Shown here: in pieces, positions 28,785-38,259 of the stretch
Position numbering within the stretch: the first letter of the stretch is position 1
How the letters are laid out: each line of letters begins with the position of its first letter
Origin: a virus
DNA: 64,000 bases
IMG/VR virus record: IMGVR_UViG_3300014202_001569
Span: 26,218 to 90,217 of that record
Reading direction: 5' to 3' (one strand)
The notes under the pieces: model-generated
What the model was told of the DNA's origin: nothing
What the model saw: only the letters and a program-made list of their open reading frames with translations
The model's database searches: none
Translations under genes and position numbers: made by a program

Positions 28785-28910
28785 TTAGCACGTCTGCATA
28801 CGCTTGGCCCATCGTATGCTGCGACGATAGGCATAGCTATCGAGTCGTGCTGTCGTGCTGAACCGACGCTTCCGCTTGCTACCATCGACAGTCGCTTGCG
28901 GCTTCTTCAT
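28785..28910 (-). CDS. Cassette mini-ORF (41 aa, basic)
   Basis: Motif, then GGAG, then ATG; MKKPQATVDGSKRKRRF...TC*. Confidence 0.6.
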   Translation of the reverse strand: MKKPQATVDGSKRKRRFSTTARLDSYAYRRSIRWAKRMQTC

Positions 28911-28993
28911 CGCGGGTTCTCCGTTAGGTGTTTGGGCACCTTATAAGGTACAATCGCAATTGTATCATAATGGGGTTGGGCGAACCCCGCTTG

Positions 28994-29164
28994 TTACTTC
29001 CCGAAACAGCAAACGACGGCGAGAGCGATACTGCGTTTGGTCGCTTCGATTTCCCTTACGCGATCCGTATGCCAGGTAGTACCTTCCTTCCATGCTGGCA
29101 TCTTGGCCACTTCCGCTTCGAGCGCTTCGAGATAGTCGTACTTGGCTCGCAGGTTCTTGTCCAT
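28994..29164 (-). CDS. Cassette mini-ORF (56 aa)
   Basis: MDKNLRAKYDYLEALE...FGK*, followed by a hairpin. Confidence 0.65.
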   Translation of the reverse strand: MDKNLRAKYDYLEALEAEVAKMPAWKEGTTWHTDRVREIEATKRSIALAVVCCFGK

Positions 29165-29251
29165 CGTTCGACTCCGTTAGGTGTTTGGGCACCTTACTAG
29201 GTACAATCGCAATTACGATATGTTAAGAGAGTGGGCGAACTCTCTTTAGTT

Positions 29252-29374
29252 TCAGCCATCGCTGAAGCTATCGAGCAGCTTCCGCCGCTGTTTCGGCGTG
29301 GTGAAGATCATGACCATCGTGGCGCAGATGATGAACGCGGGGACGCAAGCCAGGCGGATCAGTGTTTCCTTCAT
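29252..29374 (-). CDS. Cassette mini-ORF (40 aa, one TM)
   Basis: MKETLIRLACVPAFIICATMVMIF...DG*. Confidence 0.6.
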   Translation of the reverse strand: MKETLIRLACVPAFIICATMVMIFTTPKQRRKLLDSFSDG

Positions 29375-29467
29375 CGTCGTTCTCCGTTAGGTTGATTGGG
29401 CACCTTATAAGGTACAATCGCAATTACGATATGAATGGCAGGGTTTGCATTCCCCTGCCCCTCCCCT

Positions 29468-29887
29468 TTAGGGGAGGATTGGCTTATCGTAGTCCCATTG
29501 CTCTTGCCAGCCCTCGCAGACCCGTATGTTATGGGCTTTGATGCCCCTATCTTCCCAATGCGCTGCCTCCACTTCAGCGCCCTTCTGCGTTAGGTGATAG
29601 CTGGAAACATGGTAGTCGGGCGGCGAATCCCAATAGGCGTTGCCCTCGTCATCGTAGTCAAGGCCGTCATCCCAAACGTAGACAATCCAGCACCACTGCG
29701 GTTCAAAGTTATCCCAAGGGTAGCCTTGATAGCGGGCCTTGCGTTCGGCTTCGCGTTCGGCAAGCAGCTCGGCCTGCGCGTCGAGGTCAAGGTAGTTCCA
29801 GTGACGCACGTTCAACCCATGTAGCACGTCGGTCATGTGGTCAAGGTGGCAAGCGGGGGCCATCGGCTCGCGGCGGATAGTGACCAT
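29468..29887 (-). CDS. Cassette ORF, acidic and Trp-rich
   Basis: Motif 29927 and GGAG SD. Confidence 0.7.
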   Translation of the reverse strand: MVTIRREPMAPACHLDHMTDVLHGLNVRHWNYLDLDAQAELLAEREAERKARYQGYPWDNFEPQWCWIVYVWDDGLDYDDEGNAYWDSPPDYHVSSYHLTQKGAEVEAAHWEDRGIKAHNIRVCEGWQEQWDYDKPILP

Positions 29888-29972
29888 TCGACTTCTCCAG
29901 TTGGGGGTTGATTGGGCACCTTATATGGTACAATCGCAATTGTATCATAATGGAGTGGGCGAACTCCAAGCG

Positions 29973-30203
29973 TTACGCTGCTTCCATCGCGGCGACGGTT
30001 CGCGGGAACTCTTGCCGCATCATGTCAGGGCGGGAGAGAAGCAACTTGCCCGCATCCGAACCCATGAACAGGTAGAAGAAGAGACGCTGCTGGTCCGCGT
30101 GACTGAGGCGATACTTGCGGTTGTAGGCGGCGACCTGGAAGCGGAAGTAGATGACAGCGATTGCCAGGGCGACGGCGGCGAGCGCGGCTTCGAGATACTT
30201 CAT
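29973..30203 (-). CDS. Cassette ORF, N-terminal TM, ends -EAA
   Basis: Motif 30240 and SD. Confidence 0.7.
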   Translation of the reverse strand: MKYLEAALAAVALAIAVIYFRFQVAAYNRKYRLSHADQQRLFFYLFMGSDAGKLLLSRPDMMRQEFPRTVAAMEAA

Positions 30204-30291
30204 CGCGTTTCTCCGTTGGGGTGTTTGGGCACCTAACTTGGTACAATTGCAATTAGAGGAGGATTGGGGAGTGGGCGAACTCCCCGTGAGG

Positions 30292-30480
30292 TTAGCTGTC
30301 GCTGTTGAACATACTGCCGATGACAGCGATCAGTGCGGTCAGGACGTGGCCTGCGCAATCCATGAGGTTGAAGGCAATCCAGAAGTTCCAGAAGCCTCCC
30401 TCGCTGGCGTGGTGAAACCAAGCCACCACTAGCACAGCCAGGACCAGGACCAGGGCGATAACCACTAAGACTTCCACCAT
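30292..30480 (-). CDS. Cassette ORF, membrane protein
   Basis: Motif 30517 and GGAGG SD. Confidence 0.7.
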   Translation of the reverse strand: MVEVLVVIALVLVLAVLVVAWFHHASEGGFWNFWIAFNLMDCAGHVLTALIAVIGSMFNSDS

Positions 30481-30568
30481 GACTTCCTCCGAGTTAGGTG
30501 TTTGGGCACCTTACTTGGTACAATCGCAATTAGAGGATGAATGGGGAGTGGGCGAACTCCCCTTCCCT

Positions 30569-30772
30569 TTACCTTGGCACTATGCTAAGCCAAGCCTTGC
30601 GGTTGCTCTCCAGTGCCTCCAGGTTCAATTGCACGGCACGGTCGAGGTCTGCGGTCAGCCCGCCCCGCCCATCGGGGTAAAGGGTACGGCCCTCATGGAC
30701 GATGGCGTATTCGATGCAATCCAGGCGGGTTTCGGCGGCGGTTGCGACTTCGGGCACGATGGCGGTCAGCAT
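30569..30772 (-). CDS. Cassette ORF
   Basis: Start corrected to MLTAIVPE after SD. Confidence 0.65.
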   Translation of the reverse strand: MLTAIVPEVATAAETRLDCIEYAIVHEGRTLYPDGRGGLTADLDRAVQLNLEALESNRKAWLSIVPR

Positions 30773-30847
30773 GGTTCTCTCCGTTGGGGTGTTTGGGCAC
30801 CTTACTTGGTACAATCGCAATTAGAGGATGAATGGGCGAACCGCCCT

Positions 30848-31021
30848 TTACGGGCGGCGGTGGTTCTTGTAGCGGTCGGAACGCGGCTGGCGGGCGGTGG
30901 GCTTGTCATCATAGTAGTTCGGCAGGTTCGCCATGTTACGGGCAGGGCGGGCCATGCCGTCAACGCTGGCGCGGCGTTCTGCGGTGGTCTTGGGACGCTT
31001 CAAACCGAACTGGCTGGCCAT
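30848..31021 (-). CDS. Cassette ORF, basic
   Basis: Start corrected to MASQFGLK. Confidence 0.6.
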   Translation of the reverse strand: MASQFGLKRPKTTAERRASVDGMARPARNMANLPNYYDDKPTARQPRSDRYKNHRRP

Positions 31022-31101
31022 GTTTGGACTCCGTTGGATTGGGCACCTAATATGGTACAATTGCAATTGGGGTATCATTAGGGCATCCTTGCCCTTGCCC
31101 T

Positions 31102-31290
31102 TTACTCCCCCTTCCATTGCCGCTGCTTGCGGGCTTGCTTGACCTTGCGGCGATTGCCACGCTTGTCAGCCATCGCAGCTTGTGCGATTTGGACGCCAAT
31201 CGGGAACAGGTTGCCAGGCTGCACAGTGGCGATGGTGATGGTGAAGCCATCGCGGGACAGACGCTTGCGGGGTTCGGTGGTATTATGCAT
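31102..31290 (-). CDS. Cassette ORF, basic
   Basis: Motif 31311 and GGAGG. Confidence 0.65.
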   Translation of the reverse strand: MHNTTEPRKRLSRDGFTITIATVQPGNLFPIGVQIAQAAMADKRGNRRKVKQARKQRQWKGE

Positions 31291-31358
31291 GTGTTCCTCC
31301 TACCTTAACTGGTACAATTGCAATTAAGGTATGTATGGGCATCCTTGCCCATTTCCCC

Positions 31359-31616
31359 TTAGTCGGTCGTGCGGCAATAGCACCTGTAAGCCTTGCCGTC
31401 GTTGGCGTAGACGATGAGGTTGAAGCTATTGCCGCTCCCATCTTCCCGTTGGATGCTGGACAGCGTGACAGGGATGCCATTGATGGAAATGACGGCGTTG
31501 CGGTTGCTCATTGCGTTGAACAGGGTGAACTTCGTCATGGGCGTTGCACAGCGGGTGAGGCGCTGTTCCATCGTGAGAGCCAGGGTAGCCGAACGGCGAA
31601 CGGTTGAAGTGAGCAT
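31359..31616 (-). CDS. Cassette ORF
   Basis: Start corrected to MLTSTVRR. Confidence 0.6.
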   Translation of the reverse strand: MLTSTVRRSATLALTMEQRLTRCATPMTKFTLFNAMSNRNAVISINGIPVTLSSIQREDGSGNSFNLIVYANDGKAYRCYCRTTD

Positions 31617-31704
31617 CTGCGTTTCTCCGTTTGGGGTGTTTGGGCACCTAATATGGTACAATTGCAATTAGAGAAAGCGGGGTTGGCTTTCCCCCGCTCT
31701 TGCT

Positions 31705-31872
31705 TTACTCCTTCTCGAACAGGATGATACACGGCTTGCCATCGGGATCAGTGCTGACGATAGCATCGTCCACGCTGACGATGGGGCCATCCTTGCGACC
31801 CAGGTAGACACCCATGCCATCGGTCGCGGTTGCCAGCAACTGCCGCAGAGCTTCGACCTTGAGCGTATCCAT
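31705..31872 (-). CDS. Cassette ORF
   Basis: Start corrected to MDTLKVEAL. Confidence 0.65.
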   Translation of the reverse strand: MDTLKVEALRQLLATATDGMGVYLGRKDGPIVSVDDAIVSTDPDGKPCIILFEKE

Positions 31873-31934
31873 TGTTCTCTCCGTTGGGGTGTTTGGGCAC
31901 TTTAAGGGGTACAATCGCAATTAGGGGATGATAC

Positions 31935-31958
31935 AAAAAAGGCAGGGTTTCCCCTGCC
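31935..31958 (-). terminator. Family-A cassette terminator (GGCAGGG-GAAA-CCCTGCC-U6), representative copy
   Basis: + strand aaaaaaggcagggtttcccctgcc; near-identical copies at about 33485, 34088, 34696, 36032 and 37357. Confidence 0.85.
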
Positions 31959-31964
31959 TTTCCT

Positions 31965-32243
31965 TTAGACTACCTTTTCGCACAGTTCATTCAGCTTGCA
32001 GGCGAGGTCGGGGGAGAAGCAATCCCACCGATGTTCGCATTCCTCGGCAATGGCCATGATCTGCCAGGCCACGTCTTCGGGGATATGGAACGTAATGTCC
32101 TCATCGGCGTCCCAATCCAGTTCATTGTCGGGCGGTTCGCAATGCACCCACAGCAGCTTGTAAAGGTCATGCCCGTGGGCATAGCGGTCGCCAACCCAAT
32201 CCAGAGCCTTACGTTCGCCAGCGGTCAGAGTCAGGTGATACAT
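31965..32243 (-). CDS. Cassette ORF, acidic
   Basis: Start corrected to MYHLTLTAG. Confidence 0.7.
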   Translation of the reverse strand: MYHLTLTAGERKALDWVGDRYAHGHDLYKLLWVHCEPPDNELDWDADEDITFHIPEDVAWQIMAIAEECEHRWDCFSPDLACKLNELCEKVV

Positions 32244-32286
32244 GGCTTTCTCCGTTGTTTGGGCACCTAATATGGTACAATTGGAA

Positions 32287-32487
32287 TTAGGCGGCTCCCT
32301 TCTTTTGCCATTCCCATGACCATTCACCAGAGCGCTGTTCAGTGCCGCTGCCCCTTGCCCAATTGCGTATGGTATACATGACGAAGCTGGGGACTTGCGT
32401 GACGTTCTGCATGTAGATTGCTCCCGCCCTTGGGACTGGAACATTGGCGAACTTGACACCGCGACGATAGATGCTGATTTGTTCCAT
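32287..32487 (-). CDS. Cassette ORF ending -GAA
   Basis: Start MEQISIYRR; its stop codon is the TAA of the next motif. Confidence 0.7.
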   Translation of the reverse strand: MEQISIYRRGVKFANVPVPRAGAIYMQNVTQVPSFVMYTIRNWARGSGTEQRSGEWSWEWQKKGAA

Positions 32488-32592
32488 GTTCGACTCCGTT
32501 GGGGTTGTTTGGGCACCTAATATGGTACAATTGCAATTTAGGGGATGATAGGAAAAAAGCGGGGGTGGCATTCCCCCCGCTCCCCCTAACGA

Positions 32593-32829
32593 TTACGCTG
32601 CGGTCTTGCGCCACGGCACGCTACGGCTGCCACGGGTGAAGCCAGTGGATTTGGCATCGGCAAGCCACGTTCGGCCTTCCTCGATGGCGTCATGTGTGCT
32701 GGGGAAGATGCCAGCGCTCTCCCAGCCTACATTGGCCACGCCACCGTCGCGGACATAGGCCACGTTGAAGTCGAATAGCTTGCGTTCGGGGTCGATGAAC
32801 AGCAACAGTTCTGCACGAAGGTCAGGCAT
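32593..32829 (-). CDS. Cassette ORF ending -KTAA
   Basis: Start MPDLRAEL. Confidence 0.7.
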   Translation of the reverse strand: MPDLRAELLLFIDPERKLFDFNVAYVRDGGVANVGWESAGIFPSTHDAIEEGRTWLADAKSTGFTRGSRSVPWRKTAA

Positions 32830-32910
32830 GATACACTCCGTTGGGGATGTGGGCACCTATATTGGTACAATTGCAATTGGAGATGATTAGGGCGTCCTTG
32901 CCCTGCCCCA

Positions 32911-33111
32911 TTAGGCTACCATGTCGCTGAGTTGTTCGCTCTGCCCCTTATTGGCGTTGAAGGGGTAGAGGTAGAAGCCGTGATTGATGGTGTTGCCCAT
33001 CCACCACGTCTGCCCCATGTGCGTTACCAGCATCATATAGCCATTCTTGGCCTTGCGGTAACAGAGGGGGCCGAAGCTGCGGGCGCGTTGCCGACTGATG
33101 TAGACTCGCAT
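32911..33111 (-). CDS. Cassette ORF ending -VA
   Basis: Start MRVYISRQ. Confidence 0.65.
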   Translation of the reverse strand: MRVYISRQRARSFGPLCYRKAKNGYMMLVTHMGQTWWMGNTINHGFYLYPFNANKGQSEQLSDMVA

Positions 33112-33190
33112 GATACTTCTCCAGGGGTTGCGTTGCACCTAATATGGTACAATTGCAATAAGGGAGAAAGGGAGTGGGCGACTCCCTGCC

Positions 33191-33412
33191 TTACGCGGCG
33201 AGCTTGGCGTTGTCCTCGAAGACGGGAAGGGCGAACACCGTGAAGCCCTTCGTGCTACCGTCGATGCTGGTGAGCTTGTCATGGGTTGTCCAGACTTCCT
33301 CGCCACCGATGGCGAGCTTGATGTTGCCGCTGTCCGTTTCGGCAATGCACTTGCCGATCTTGCCGTTGAACAGAAACCGCTTGTTCACAAAGTAGGTCGT
33401 GACTTCCATCAT
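33191..33412 (-). CDS. Cassette ORF ending -KLAA
   Basis: Start MMEVTTYF. Confidence 0.7.
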   Translation of the reverse strand: MMEVTTYFVNKRFLFNGKIGKCIAETDSGNIKLAIGGEEVWTTHDKLTSIDGSTKGFTVFALPVFEDNAKLAA

Positions 33413-33518
33413 CTGCGTTTCTCCGTTTGGGGTGTTTGGGCACTTAACTTGGTACAATTGCAATTAGGGGATGATACAAACGAAAAAAGGCAGGGTTTGC
33501 TGTCCCCTGCCTTACCCC

Positions 33519-33797
33519 TTATTCCTTTTCGGTCAGTTGCGCCTTATGCTTGGCGATGAAGGCGCGAATGTCGGCCTGCATATCCAGCACCTGCTCCCAT
33601 TCGTCGCGGTAGAGCGTGACGGGGAATCGCCGCAAGCCGTCAAGCTGCACGGCACCCTTGGGAGATACCTTGAGGGTGAGCTTCTTCTTCGTCGCGGCCT
33701 TGACCTGTTCCGCCGAATTGTCCTCGATCAGCTTCGCGGCCTGCGCCTCGGTGAGCTTGCCATCCTTGACCTGCTGCATGATTTCGAGTACGTTCAT
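33519..33797 (-). CDS. Cassette ORF (FPVTLY..EW-type hypothetical protein)
   Basis: Motif 33837 and SD. Confidence 0.75.
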   Translation of the reverse strand: MNVLEIMQQVKDGKLTEAQAAKLIEDNSAEQVKAATKKKLTLKVSPKGAVQLDGLRRFPVTLYRDEWEQVLDMQADIRAFIAKHKAQLTEKE

Positions 33798-34116
33798 CTG
33801 CGTTTCTCCGTTTGGGGTTGATTGGGCACCTTATCTGGTACAATTGCAATTAGGGGATGATACGAAAAAAGGGAAGAGAGGCGAACCTCTCTTCCCAATG
33901 GTGAGTTAGCGTCGTCGCCTTGACTGCCATTTTGTGTCGGGCTTAGACCGCCAGTTTACGTCGGGCTTAGACGGGCCACACTTCGCAGGCTCCCCAGCTA
34001 CGGGACGTTTGTAGTGCGGGGTAACGTCCCATCCGACCCCTTCACTACTAATCTTGGTACAATTGCAATTAGGCCATGATGCAAACAAAAAAAGGCAGGG
34101 TTTCCCTGCCTTAGCC

Positions 34117-34347
34117 TTACGCGGCCAGCGCCTTCAAGTCCAGCGTACAGGTGGGGCGCTTGGCGAAGCGGTCGGGAAACCGCCTGAACTCCCGCAAAGC
34201 CTGCACCTCATCCCACCTTCCAGGGATGGTACGCTCCGCGATCACCTCCTTGCCCATGCGGACGTAGATCGTGGTCAGCGTCTTTTTGACGCTGCCGTTG
34301 CGCTGGGTGAAGGTGGACACGCCGACGTTCAGCTTGCCGATCAACAT
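34117..34347 (-). CDS. Cassette ORF ending -ALAA
   Basis: Motif 34384 and SD. Confidence 0.7.
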   Translation of the reverse strand: MLIGKLNVGVSTFTQRNGSVKKTLTTIYVRMGKEVIAERTIPGRWDEVQALREFRRFPDRFAKRPTCTLDLKALAA

Positions 34348-34433
34348 GCGTCAGACTCCGTGGGGTTGTTGGGCACCTAATATGGTACAATTGCAATTTG
34401 AATCATATTGGGAGTGGGCGAACTCCCAATTGT

Positions 34434-34628
34434 TTAGTTCTGGCGATACTTGGCGATAGCTTCCGCCAGCGATGCCTCCATCGTCTTGCCAGCCTGCACG
34501 CCAGCCATCGTGTCATTCCGCAGCTTGCCGAGGTCCATGATGTTGAACTGAATGCAATTGCCCTGCGTGCGGAACGCATCATCGAAAGCCTTCTCCAGCG
34601 CCTTCTCAGCCTTGCTCATTCGTGCCAT
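34434..34628 (-). CDS. Cassette ORF
   Basis: Start MARMSKAE. Confidence 0.7.
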   Translation of the reverse strand: MARMSKAEKALEKAFDDAFRTQGNCIQFNIMDLGKLRNDTMAGVQAGKTMEASLAEAIAKYRQN

Positions 34629-34729
34629 TGTCTTTCTCCGTGTTGGGGTGTTTGGGCACTTAACTTGGTACAATTGCAATTAGGGGATGATAGAAAAAAA
34701 GGCAGGGTTGCTGTCCCCTGCCTCACCCC

Positions 34730-34972
34730 TTAGACCTTTGCCAGCAGCTTCGCCCACTTCTCATGCTGTTTCCAGTGGGCGCAGACGTGTTGTTTCTCCC
34801 GCAAAGCGGTGCGGATACGCTCACGAATCTCATGCGTCTTGTAAGCGTAGGTGCAAGTCGCCCACAAGTCCTCGGAGAAGGCAAGCAAGGTCAAAGCCTG
34901 CTCATACTCCTCATTGTTGACCAGAGCCAGGATAGCGTCTTTCTGGCGGATCAGAGCGTTGTCAAGTTCCAT
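34730..34972 (-). CDS. Cassette ORF
   Basis: Start MELDNAL. Confidence 0.7.
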   Translation of the reverse strand: MELDNALIRQKDAILALVNNEEYEQALTLLAFSEDLWATCTYAYKTHEIRERIRTALREKQHVCAHWKQHEKWAKLLAKV

Positions 34973-35061
34973 GTTCGACTCCGTTAGTTGGGCACCTAAC
35001 TTGGTACAATCGCAATTAGAGGATGAATGGGGCAAGGTTTGCTTTCCCTTGCCCTTCCCCT

Positions 35062-35415
35062 TTACTTTAGGTAGACAATACCATGTGCGGTCAGGCACTT
35101 GCCGAAGTCATCGGAGAACACGCTGCCCCGTGCGTGCTTTGCGGGGGCTTTGAAGCCAGCCGCCTTATGAATGTCGCCCGCCTTGAGAGCGCCAAGCGTT
35201 TTGGTGAAGCCGTCTTGCAGGCAGATGAAGCAATAGACGCTAGTTGGTTCCCGCTTGCCGTTGCGTTCCTCCAGCACCACGACACGCGCCCACTTGTCAC
35301 TGATGAAGTCAGCGCGATGGGTGGGAGGTGCGGAGTAAGTGTAGCCCATCTGCTTCCAGTGTTCCGCCGTCACTTCGTCGGCCCGCGTCACAAAGGCGTC
35401 GATGCGATCTTTCAT
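35062..35415 (-). CDS. Cassette ORF, conserved phage hypothetical protein
   Basis: Start MKDRIDAF; SVYCFI...GDIHKAAGFKAPAKHARGSVF. Confidence 0.75.
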   Translation of the reverse strand: MKDRIDAFVTRADEVTAEHWKQMGYTYSAPPTHRADFISDKWARVVVLEERNGKREPTSVYCFICLQDGFTKTLGALKAGDIHKAAGFKAPAKHARGSVFSDDFGKCLTAHGIVYLK

Positions 35416-35461
35416 GATTCTCTCCGTTGGGGTTTGGGCACCTAACTTGGTACAATTGGAA

Positions 35462-35638
35462 TTAGGCCACTTGGTATTCGTGTTCCCCAATAACAATCAT
35501 ACCACCGAAGAATTGCCACGTTGGGCTTGACGCCAGTGCCGCTGTATGCTCTTTCTCCAGAGCAGGCATATCGGCCTTGATTTGTTCCGCCGTCAAGTCC
35601 TCACGGGTGTCACGATGATACGCTGCGATGATCTTCAT
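35462..35638 (-). CDS. Cassette ORF ending -VA
   Basis: Start MKIIAAYH; stop codon fused to the motif. Confidence 0.65.
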   Translation of the reverse strand: MKIIAAYHRDTREDLTAEQIKADMPALEKEHTAALASSPTWQFFGGMIVIGEHEYQVA

Positions 35639-35715
35639 GGTCAACTCCAGGGTTTGGGCACCTTACATGGTACAATCGCAATTAGGGTATAAAGGGAGTG
35701 GGCGACTCCCTGCCC

Positions 35716-35967
35716 CTAATCCCCTTCGTAGTCTGGCCCATAGTGATTCTCGAAGTCCTCCATTTCCTGGCGTTCGAGGATAACGTCGTGCGCCAATTCC
35801 GCATCCCAACTATCCTCGAAGTTGTCCTCATCGTCATCATCGTCATCATCGAAGATGGAAGGGCCGTCGCCATCGGAACAGCAAGGGCAAGGCGGGTCGC
35901 AAACGTCGCAGCGATTGTTGCCGTTGCAATCCTGGTCCAGTTCGTTACCGCAACCACAGTAAGGCAT
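35716..35967 (-). CDS. Cassette ORF, Cys-rich N-terminus and hyper-acidic C-terminus
   Basis: CGC..C....C..C.PPCPCC followed by a DDDDDDDEDNFED tract. Confidence 0.7.
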   Translation of the reverse strand: MPYCGCGNELDQDCNGNNRCDVCDPPCPCCSDGDGPSIFDDDDDDDEDNFEDSWDAELAHDVILERQEMEDFENHYGPDYEGD

Positions 35968-36063
35968 GGCGTTCTCCAGTTTGGGGTTCGTTGCACCTAA
36001 TATGGTACAATTGCAATTAGGGGATGATAAGAAAAAAGGCAGGGTTTCCCCTGCCCTTCCCCT

Positions 36064-36324
36064 TTACGCGGCGGCTTTGGCGGCTTGTTTCGGTGTCTTC
36101 TTGGCATGGGATGCCAGGATGCCTCGCACCTCGACGGATTCGAGTAGGATGTGCCGCAACACGTTGTCGATGTTGCCGCGACGGACTAACTCCGAACCAA
36201 TCGAAGACGCCAGAAGCGCTTTCAGCTTCTCCAGTGCCTCGCATTCCGTTTCGTGGCGACGCGCTTCATCGCGGTTGGTGAATTGCTTGCCGTCAGCGGT
36301 CTGAAACAGAGAAACAACCTTCAT
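36064..36324 (-). CDS. Cassette ORF ending -KAAA
   Basis: FQTADGKQFTNRDEARRHE N-terminus. Confidence 0.75.
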   Translation of the reverse strand: MKVVSLFQTADGKQFTNRDEARRHETECEALEKLKALLASSIGSELVRRGNIDNVLRHILLESVEVRGILASHAKKTPKQAAKAAA

Positions 36325-36375
36325 GGCAAAACTCCAGGGGTTTAGTGTTACACACCTTTACTGGTACAATTGGAA

Positions 36376-36576
36376 TTAGACACCAGCTGCCAGTGACGCC
36401 ACATACTGGAAGCGATAGACAAACCATTTGTCGCGGCTGTCTTCGGGCCGCACGCGGATTACCTTGCGGTCATGGACGTAACTCGCGTGCAGAGCGGCAG
36501 AGCGGGAGCAACTGGCCTGATAGATACCCTTGTAGCACCAGTGCCGACCGTACTTGATTTCCACTTCAAACCGCAT
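36376..36576 (-). CDS. Cassette ORF
   Basis: Motif 36610; stop codon fused to the next motif. Confidence 0.7.
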   Translation of the reverse strand: MRFEVEIKYGRHWCYKGIYQASCSRSAALHASYVHDRKVIRVRPEDSRDKWFVYRFQYVASLAAGV

Positions 36577-36656
36577 GGTAGACTCCGTTAGGTGTTGGGC
36601 ACCTATTATGGTACAATTGCAATTAGGGTATTATTAGGGCATCCTTGCCCTGCCCC

Positions 36657-36920
36657 TTAGACCATTGCCTTGCCACGCTTGCCGTCGATGCAATCCTTTG
36701 CGGTGCGATACCATTCCGTGCCATCGGACCATGCACGCCATTTCTTGCCGTAGTTGTTCGGGTCGGGATGCCCTGACAGCATGAAGAAGCCAGGAACGCT
36801 CCAGAGGTAGACGGTATCGCCATTGGCCAATGCTGCTTCCAGGTCGGGAGCAAGGGCCGCATAGGGGCGCTTACCGCCAGGGGAAAGGTAGTCACGCAGC
36901 TTGAAGTCTACTTTCGCCAT
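36657..36920 (-). CDS. Cassette ORF
   Basis: Start MAKVDFKL. Confidence 0.7.
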   Translation of the reverse strand: MAKVDFKLRDYLSPGGKRPYAALAPDLEAALANGDTVYLWSVPGFFMLSGHPDPNNYGKKWRAWSDGTEWYRTAKDCIDGKRGKAMV

Positions 36921-37002
36921 GATTGACTCCAGTTTGGGTATCGTTGCACCTATTATGGTACAATCGCAATTAGGGTATAATGGAGTGGGCGACTCCATTG
37001 CC

Positions 37003-37299
37003 CTACGCTGCCTTTTGCTTGGCAAGAAGCCATTCGTAGGCTTGTGCCCAGGCATATTCGCGGTCGAAGCGGCCCCAACCGAAATCCCCGCAAGGATGTG
37101 CCTCAAAGTAATGCGGGCTTTTGTCGAGAGTAAACTTGATGCTGCATTCCGCCATGCCGTCGTTGAAGATGTGTTCTTGCCACTGATAGCCCGCTGCCAG
37201 GAACGCTTTCTGAATCTTTTCGATCATGACTGACTCCTTTGGGGTTGCGTTGCACCTAACATGGTAGCCCTTTGCGTCACACATCAGAAGCCATCGCAT
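37003..37299 (-). CDS. Fused cassette ORF ending -KAA (internal second start at 37227)
   Basis: MRWLLMCDAKG is in frame with MIEKIQKAF across a half-motif. Confidence 0.6.
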   Translation of the reverse strand: MRWLLMCDAKGYHVRCNATPKESVMIEKIQKAFLAAGYQWQEHIFNDGMAECSIKFTLDKSPHYFEAHPCGDFGWGRFDREYAWAQAYEWLLAKQKAA

Positions 37300-37387
37300 T
37301 GCTATTCTCCTTTGCGTTGCACCTATTATGGTACAATTGCAATTAGGGGATGATAGGAAAAAAGGCAGGGTTTCCCCTGCCTTCCCG

Positions 37388-37630
37388 TTAGGCGGCGATT
37401 TTCTCGGTAACGTCGAAGAGAAGCCATTCCTTGGCATTGGCTGGCGTGATGTAGAAGAAATCCCACAGACCATGCTTGACTGGCAACTGCCATTCCGTGG
37501 GACGAGTTTTCCACGTTTTCAGCTTGCCATTGACACGGCAGCGCTTGGCCGAACCATCCGAATTGCGGGCGGTCTTGTGGTAGATCGTCTTGCCCTTGTA
37601 GAAACCAGCGGCCAATTCCTTCGTAATCAT
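37388..37630 (-). CDS. Cassette ORF ending -KIAA
   Basis: Start MITKELAA; RVNGKLKTWKTRP motif. Confidence 0.75.
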   Translation of the reverse strand: MITKELAAGFYKGKTIYHKTARNSDGSAKRCRVNGKLKTWKTRPTEWQLPVKHGLWDFFYITPANAKEWLLFDVTEKIAA

Positions 37631-37751
37631 TCCATTCTCCAGTGGGGTTGTTGGGCACCTATTATGGTACAATTGCAATTGAGACGGGAGTGGCGTAGGT
37701 TTGCCTACCTTACGCTGACAGCACCACGCTGCCAGGCCACTCCCGCCTCGT

Positions 37752-37931
37752 TTACGCTACATACAACCCTGTTTCACCCTTGACCACGGTGACGCAATCC
37801 GCTTCCGTTTCGAGCAGGGACGCTTCATTGCTACTCACGATATAGCTGCGCCACTTGCCACCTTGCCCTTCGTTGTAGGGCTTCCACTTGTCCCACATCT
37901 CCTGCAACAGTTCATCGCGTTCGTCAGGCAT
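37752..37931 (-). CDS. Cassette ORF ending -VA
   Basis: Start MPDERDEL. Confidence 0.65.
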   Translation of the reverse strand: MPDERDELLQEMWDKWKPYNEGQGGKWRSYIVSSNEASLLETEADCVTVVKGETGLYVA

Positions 37932-38029
37932 TTCATTCTCTCCATTTGGGGTTTGGGCACCTAATATGGTACAATTGCAATTAGGGGATGATACGAAAAA
38001 AAGCGGGGTTGGCTGTCCCCCGCTCTCCC

Positions 38030-38209
38030 CTAGATATTGTTGCCCCTGCTCCCGCACCACTCATTCTGCGGCCCGTCATCATCGTCAATCATGGGGCAGG
38101 CAGCACTCCAGCGGGAGTATTCTTCCATTGCCTCATTGTATTCATCGTAGCAAACCTCATCACAGAACTCGCGTTCGCCGCAGGGCTTCTGGCAGAATCG
38201 ACAGGCCAT
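38030..38209 (-). CDS. Cassette ORF, Zn-binding and acidic
   Basis: MACRFCQKPC..EFCDEVC. Confidence 0.65.
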   Translation of the reverse strand: MACRFCQKPCGEREFCDEVCYDEYNEAMEEYSRWSAACPMIDDDDGPQNEWCGSRGNNI

Positions 38210-38259
38210 TGTTCTCTCCAGGTTAGGACTTCGTTGCACCTATATTGGTACAATTGGAA

